A stretch of DNA of 64,000 nt from an uncultured Lachnobacterium sp. (lineage in GTDB: Bacteria; Bacillota; Clostridia; Lachnospirales; Lachnospiraceae): the NCBI GenBank assembly GCA_937889225.1, contig CALAST010000079.1, positions 30,542 through 94,541 on the forward strand. Reading direction: 5' to 3'. Below, piece by piece: positions 60,180 through 64,000 of this stretch (the first letter of the stretch is position 1; the number at the start of each line of letters is the position of its first letter). The notes beneath the pieces were generated by a model. That model saw only the letters and a program-made list of their open reading frames with translations, was not told the origin of the DNA and ran no database searches. Made by a program: the position numbers and the translations under genes.

Positions 60180-62243
60180 TTACAAACTCATTTTTCGCAT
60201 TTCATCTTCTACAAATCGTTGCATTTCCAACTGTAAAATCATATGTTCTTCCATCTCTAATTCCGGGTCTTTTTCCAGTATTTCTTTCACGCTTTCCGAA
60301 GCCTGTTGTAACTCTCCTGCATCCTGATAAATATCTGCAAGTTGAAATGCTAATTCTCCACTTTGGCGTACTCCAAAGAAATCTCCCGGACCTCGCAATT
60401 TTAAATCTTCACTTGCAATAAAAAATCCATCATTCGATTTATTCAAAATTTCCAATCGCTTCGCCGCTGTCTTTGTATTGGAGGTGTTTATCATAATACA
60501 ATACGATTGTGCATCCCCACGCCCTACACGCCCACGCAGCTGATGAAGCTGTGCCAAACCAAAACGATTTGCATCTTCAATCATCATAACTGTAGCATTT
60601 GGCACATTTACTCCAACTTCCACAACCGTGGTAGATACAAGGACTTGAATTTCATTTCGTGCAAATGCTTCCATTACTTCATTTTTCTTCTCATTTTTCA
60701 TTTTTCCATGAAGCAATCCAACCTTTATATGAGAAGGAAGCAGTTCCGACAATTCCTGTGCATAATCGGTGGCATTTGTTCCTTCCATATTTTCTGTTTC
60801 CTCTACCAATGGACATATCACATATGCCTGATGCCCCATTTCTATCTGTTTTACAATAAACTGATATGCTTTTGGACGATAGCCAATATCTACCACACAA
60901 TTCTTAATTGGCAAACGTTTTGCAGGAACTTGGTCAATGACAGAGATATCCATATCTCCATAAATAATAATCGCTAACGTTCTTGGAATTGGAGTTGCAC
61001 TCATAACAAGGATATGTGGCATATGCCCTTTTTCTGCAAATGTATCTCTTTGCTTTACGCCAAAACGATGCTGTTCATCCGTAATAACAAGAGACAAATT
61101 GGAATATACCGCTTTTTCCTGTATCAATGCGTGTGTTCCAATCACAAGTGCATTTGGACAACTTTCTAATTTTGCATACGCCAATCGTTTCTCTCTCTGC
61201 TTCATTGCACCTGTTAAAAGCACCACCGGATAAGAAAATCCAAAACGCTCACAAAATCCTTCAAATGTTTCATAATGCTGTCTTGCCAGAACCTCCGTCG
61301 GTGCCATAATTGCGGACTGATAGCCGTTTTTTGCACACCATGCCATAAGCAAAAATGCAATAATTGTCTTGCCGGAACCAACATCACCTTGTATCAATCT
61401 TTGCATTACATAAGGACTTGTCATATCTTTTTGAATATCCTGTAATGTGCGAATTTGTGCATTCGTAAGTTCATAAGGAAGTTTTTTTATACATTCTGCA
61501 ATAAATTCCATATTTTGAAAATAAAAAGCATTTGCTTCTCTTACACGTTTCTCTTTTTGAAATTGAATGCCCATAATAAATAAGAAAAATTCATGAAATA
61601 CAAGACATCTTCTCGCCTCTACTAATGTTTCAAAGGAATCCGGAAAATGAATCTGTTTAATAGCATAATTATATTCACATAAGCCATACTTTTTGCGTAT
61701 ATTGGTCGGAATATAATCTTGTATCAAAGGATTGTCATTTAAAGCTGTCTTCACGGTTTTTACCATAAGATTATTTGTCATTCCAGCTGTAAGTCCATAT
61801 ACCGGCTGCAACAATCCCTCTAATTCTTTGTACTTTTCCACTTCAAAAATCGTTGGTTGTTCCATTGTGAAAATTTTCTTTTTTAATGCAATCTTTCCAT
61901 ATAAAACATATTGTTTTCCCGAAAGTAAACTGGATTTAATATATGGCATGCGAAACCAAATAAACTGTATCGGTGTATTTCCAACGATATCCGTTAAAAT
62001 GGTAATATCCATACTTCTTGTTTTTTTAACAACCGGAGATTTTTTTACAGTAATAAGAAGTGCATTCATACCTTCCTGCAAACACTCTATTGAGTGAAGT
62101 GGCTTGGCTTTTGGGTATTGTGTGTAATTTCTCGGAAAGTTCATAATGATATCACGAACTGTATAGATATTTAATTTTTCAAATGTTATTTTTGTCTTTT
62201 CGCCAATTCCTTTTATTGTAGTAATTGATGCATTCAAGTTCAT
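60180..62243 (-). CDS. recG: ATP-dependent DNA helicase RecG
   Basis: QGDVGSGKT, DEQHRFGV, MSATPIPRTL, QLRGRVGRG, DLKLRGPG. Confidence 0.97.
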   Translation of the reverse strand: MNLNASITTIKGIGEKTKITFEKLNIYTVRDIIMNFPRNYTQYPKAKPLHSIECLQEGMNALLITVKKSPVVKKTRSMDITILTDIVGNTPIQFIWFRMPYIKSSLLSGKQYVLYGKIALKKKIFTMEQPTIFEVEKYKELEGLLQPVYGLTAGMTNNLMVKTVKTALNDNPLIQDYIPTNIRKKYGLCEYNYAIKQIHFPDSFETLVEARRCLVFHEFFLFIMGIQFQKEKRVREANAFYFQNMEFIAECIKKLPYELTNAQIRTLQDIQKDMTSPYVMQRLIQGDVGSGKTIIAFLLMAWCAKNGYQSAIMAPTEVLARQHYETFEGFCERFGFSYPVVLLTGAMKQREKRLAYAKLESCPNALVIGTHALIQEKAVYSNLSLVITDEQHRFGVKQRDTFAEKGHMPHILVMSATPIPRTLAIIIYGDMDISVIDQVPAKRLPIKNCVVDIGYRPKAYQFIVKQIEMGHQAYVICPLVEETENMEGTNATDYAQELSELLPSHIKVGLLHGKMKNEKKNEVMEAFARNEIQVLVSTTVVEVGVNVPNATVMMIEDANRFGLAQLHQLRGRVGRGDAQSYCIMINTSNTKTAAKRLEILNKSNDGFFIASEDLKLRGPGDFFGVRQSGELAFQLADIYQDAGELQQASESVKEILEKDPELEMEEHMILQLEMQRFVEDEMRKMSL

Positions 62244-62560
62244 ATTATTTGTTGTAACCGCCTATTATTTCTATTTGTTTTCTTTAAAAATTAATTTTAT
62301 TTGTTTTTCAGGAAATGTTCAAGTTTTTTGTGTCGATTTTTATTTTTTGGAAGAGAGAGAACTTCATTTTGTCATTCGTAATACTTATACTATGACACAA
62401 AGAAATAATTATACACCTTTTGATTATTCATGCAATAATTTTATTTCTTTTTCTTGAATTTTATAATTAGTTATAATATAGTTATGATGGATTTGAAAAC
62501 ATTTGCATAATATCTTCATATTTTTTTCTTTAGAACTAATCACGAAAGGAAGTAAACACT

Positions 62561-63124
62561 ATGCCAGCATTACAACCACAAATACAACTTATCACCTTAG
62601 AAGAATACGAATCCTATTCTGAAAATGAACGAATAGAAGTATTCGATGGAGTTATTTACGATATGGCCAGTCCATCGCAAGAACATCAAACTATCCTTAC
62701 AGAACTGCTTGTTACTATTCGCAATTACATCAAATCCAAGAATGGGAACTGCTCTGTATTTCCTGCTCCATTTGATGTAAAACTTTCTAACAAACCACTC
62801 ACTATCGTGCAACCGGATATTATGATTGTATGCGATAAAAACAAACTAGATGGAAAACGATGTAACGGTGCACCTGATTTCATCATTGAAATTGTTTCTC
62901 CAAGTAATGCAGCAGATGACTATATTAAAAAACTTTACTACTATAAAAATGCCGGAGTACGTGAATATTGGATTGTAGACCCACGTCGAAAATCTGTAAC
63001 TGTAAATTATTTTGAAGGAGATATTCTTAACATTCCATATACTTTCGATTCTACAATCAAAGTCAATATCTATCAAGATTTGTATATCAACTTCCTTGAA
63101 ATTGCTGATATATTGAACTTATAA
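62561..63124 (+). CDS. Uma2 (DUF820) family putative endonuclease
   Basis: MASPSQEHQ, VQPDI, GAPDFIIEIVSPS, GVREYWIVDP. Confidence 0.9.
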   Translation: MPALQPQIQLITLEEYESYSENERIEVFDGVIYDMASPSQEHQTILTELLVTIRNYIKSKNGNCSVFPAPFDVKLSNKPLTIVQPDIMIVCDKNKLDGKRCNGAPDFIIEIVSPSNAADDYIKKLYYYKNAGVREYWIVDPRRKSVTVNYFEGDILNIPYTFDSTIKVNIYQDLYINFLEIADILNL

Positions 63125-63222
63125 TCTTTGCACGATTACCAATATGAGCTTTTTTATTTTCTAAAACAAAACGGAGCAAAATAAAATAGTAATTTTTTTA
63201 ACATCATATTAACATCACGAGT

Positions 63223-63277
63223 AAAATAAAAAGACTGGAAACACCTTATTTTAAAGGCTGTCCAGTCTTTTTATTTT
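63223..63277. terminator. Bidirectional intrinsic terminator
   Basis: aaaataaaaagactgga...tccagtctttttatttt. Confidence 0.7.
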
Positions 63278-64000
63278 ATTCTACGGATATCACATAATAG
63301 TAAATCGGCTGTCCGCCTTCATTTACTTCTACATCTACATCCGGATATTTTTCGCCAATCAACTCTGCAAGTTCATTTGCATCTTCTTCTGTAGAATCGC
63401 TGCCGTAGTAAATGCTTACGATTGCAGAATCTTCATCCACCATACAATCTACCATGCCAAGCGTTGTTTCTTTCAAATCTGTTCCTACTGTAAGAATTGC
63501 TTTATCGCCAATACCCATAAAGTCATTTTCTTTGATTACATGACCATCAATTTCAGTATCACGAACTGCATATGTCACCTGTCCTGTTTTTACATTCAGG
63601 ATTTCTTCCATCATCGTTTCTTTATTTTCTTCTGCGGAAGAATCCGGACTAAAGTTTACAACGGCTGTAATACCCTGTGGAACTGTTTTTGTTGGAATAA
63701 CGATAATTTCTTTATCTTCTACTAAATAAGATGCCTGATTTGCTGCCATAATGATATTACTGTTATTTGGCAAAATGAAAACATGGTCCGCATTTACATG
63801 TTCAATTGCAGTCAACATATCATCTGTACTTGGGTTCATTGTCTGACCGCCTTCAATAATGTAGTCAACACCAAGTCCTCTAAAGATATCGTTCATACCT
63901 TCACCAATTGAAACTGCAACAAATCCCATATCCTTACGAGGTTCTTCTGCTTTTGCTTCCTCTGCTGCCACTAAATCTTCCTGCTTCTGCTGCTCTGCTA
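63276..64000 (-). CDS. DAK2 domain protein (fatty acid kinase FakA/YloV-like), 5' part outside the window
   Basis: GGQTMNPST, LPNNSNIIMAA, GQVTYAVRD, GGQPIYYY. Confidence 0.92.
   Translation of the reverse strand, partial: AEQQKQEDLVAAEEAKAEEPRKDMGFVAVSIGEGMNDIFRGLGVDYIIEGGQTMNPSTDDMLTAIEHVNADHVFILPNNSNIIMAANQASYLVEDKEIIVIPTKTVPQGITAVVNFSPDSSAEENKETMMEEILNVKTGQVTYAVRDTEIDGHVIKENDFMGIGDKAILTVGTDLKETTLGMVDCMVDEDSAIVSIYYGSDSTEEDANELAELIGEKYPDVDVEVNEGGQPIYYYVISVE

Overview
Low-GC Firmicute chromosome segment, Clostridia and most like Lachnospiraceae. Most genes are on the minus strand and are housekeeping or sporulation genes: rluD-lspA-ylmH-sepF-yggS, mreBCD-pbp2-minDE-rodA-mgsA, radC, mutSL-miaA, ybeY-phoH-yqfCD, rlmH, folD-fhs, ftsK, tepA, glgA, mazF-alr-nnr, rex, icd, recG and a DAK2 gene. 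The main accessory feature is an ~8.6-kb SCC-like element (32527-41183) integrated in the 3' end of rlmH. It is bounded by 18-bp direct repeats that both encode EPYHK-stop, and its ends would rejoin into a dyad-symmetric attP. It carries a large serine recombinase, a 5'-truncated D5/P4-type helicase, a DUF1643-like gene, a retropepsin-like protease pair and several micro-ORFs. Its cargo is a candidate RiPP operon next to a divergent XRE regulator: an 83-aa ORF, a multi-Cys zinc finger, an RRE-radical SAM-SPASM enzyme, and a 57-aa Cys-x-Pro-repeat precursor peptide (38508-38681) that the ORF track missed. All calls come from reading motifs by eye; no database searches were run.
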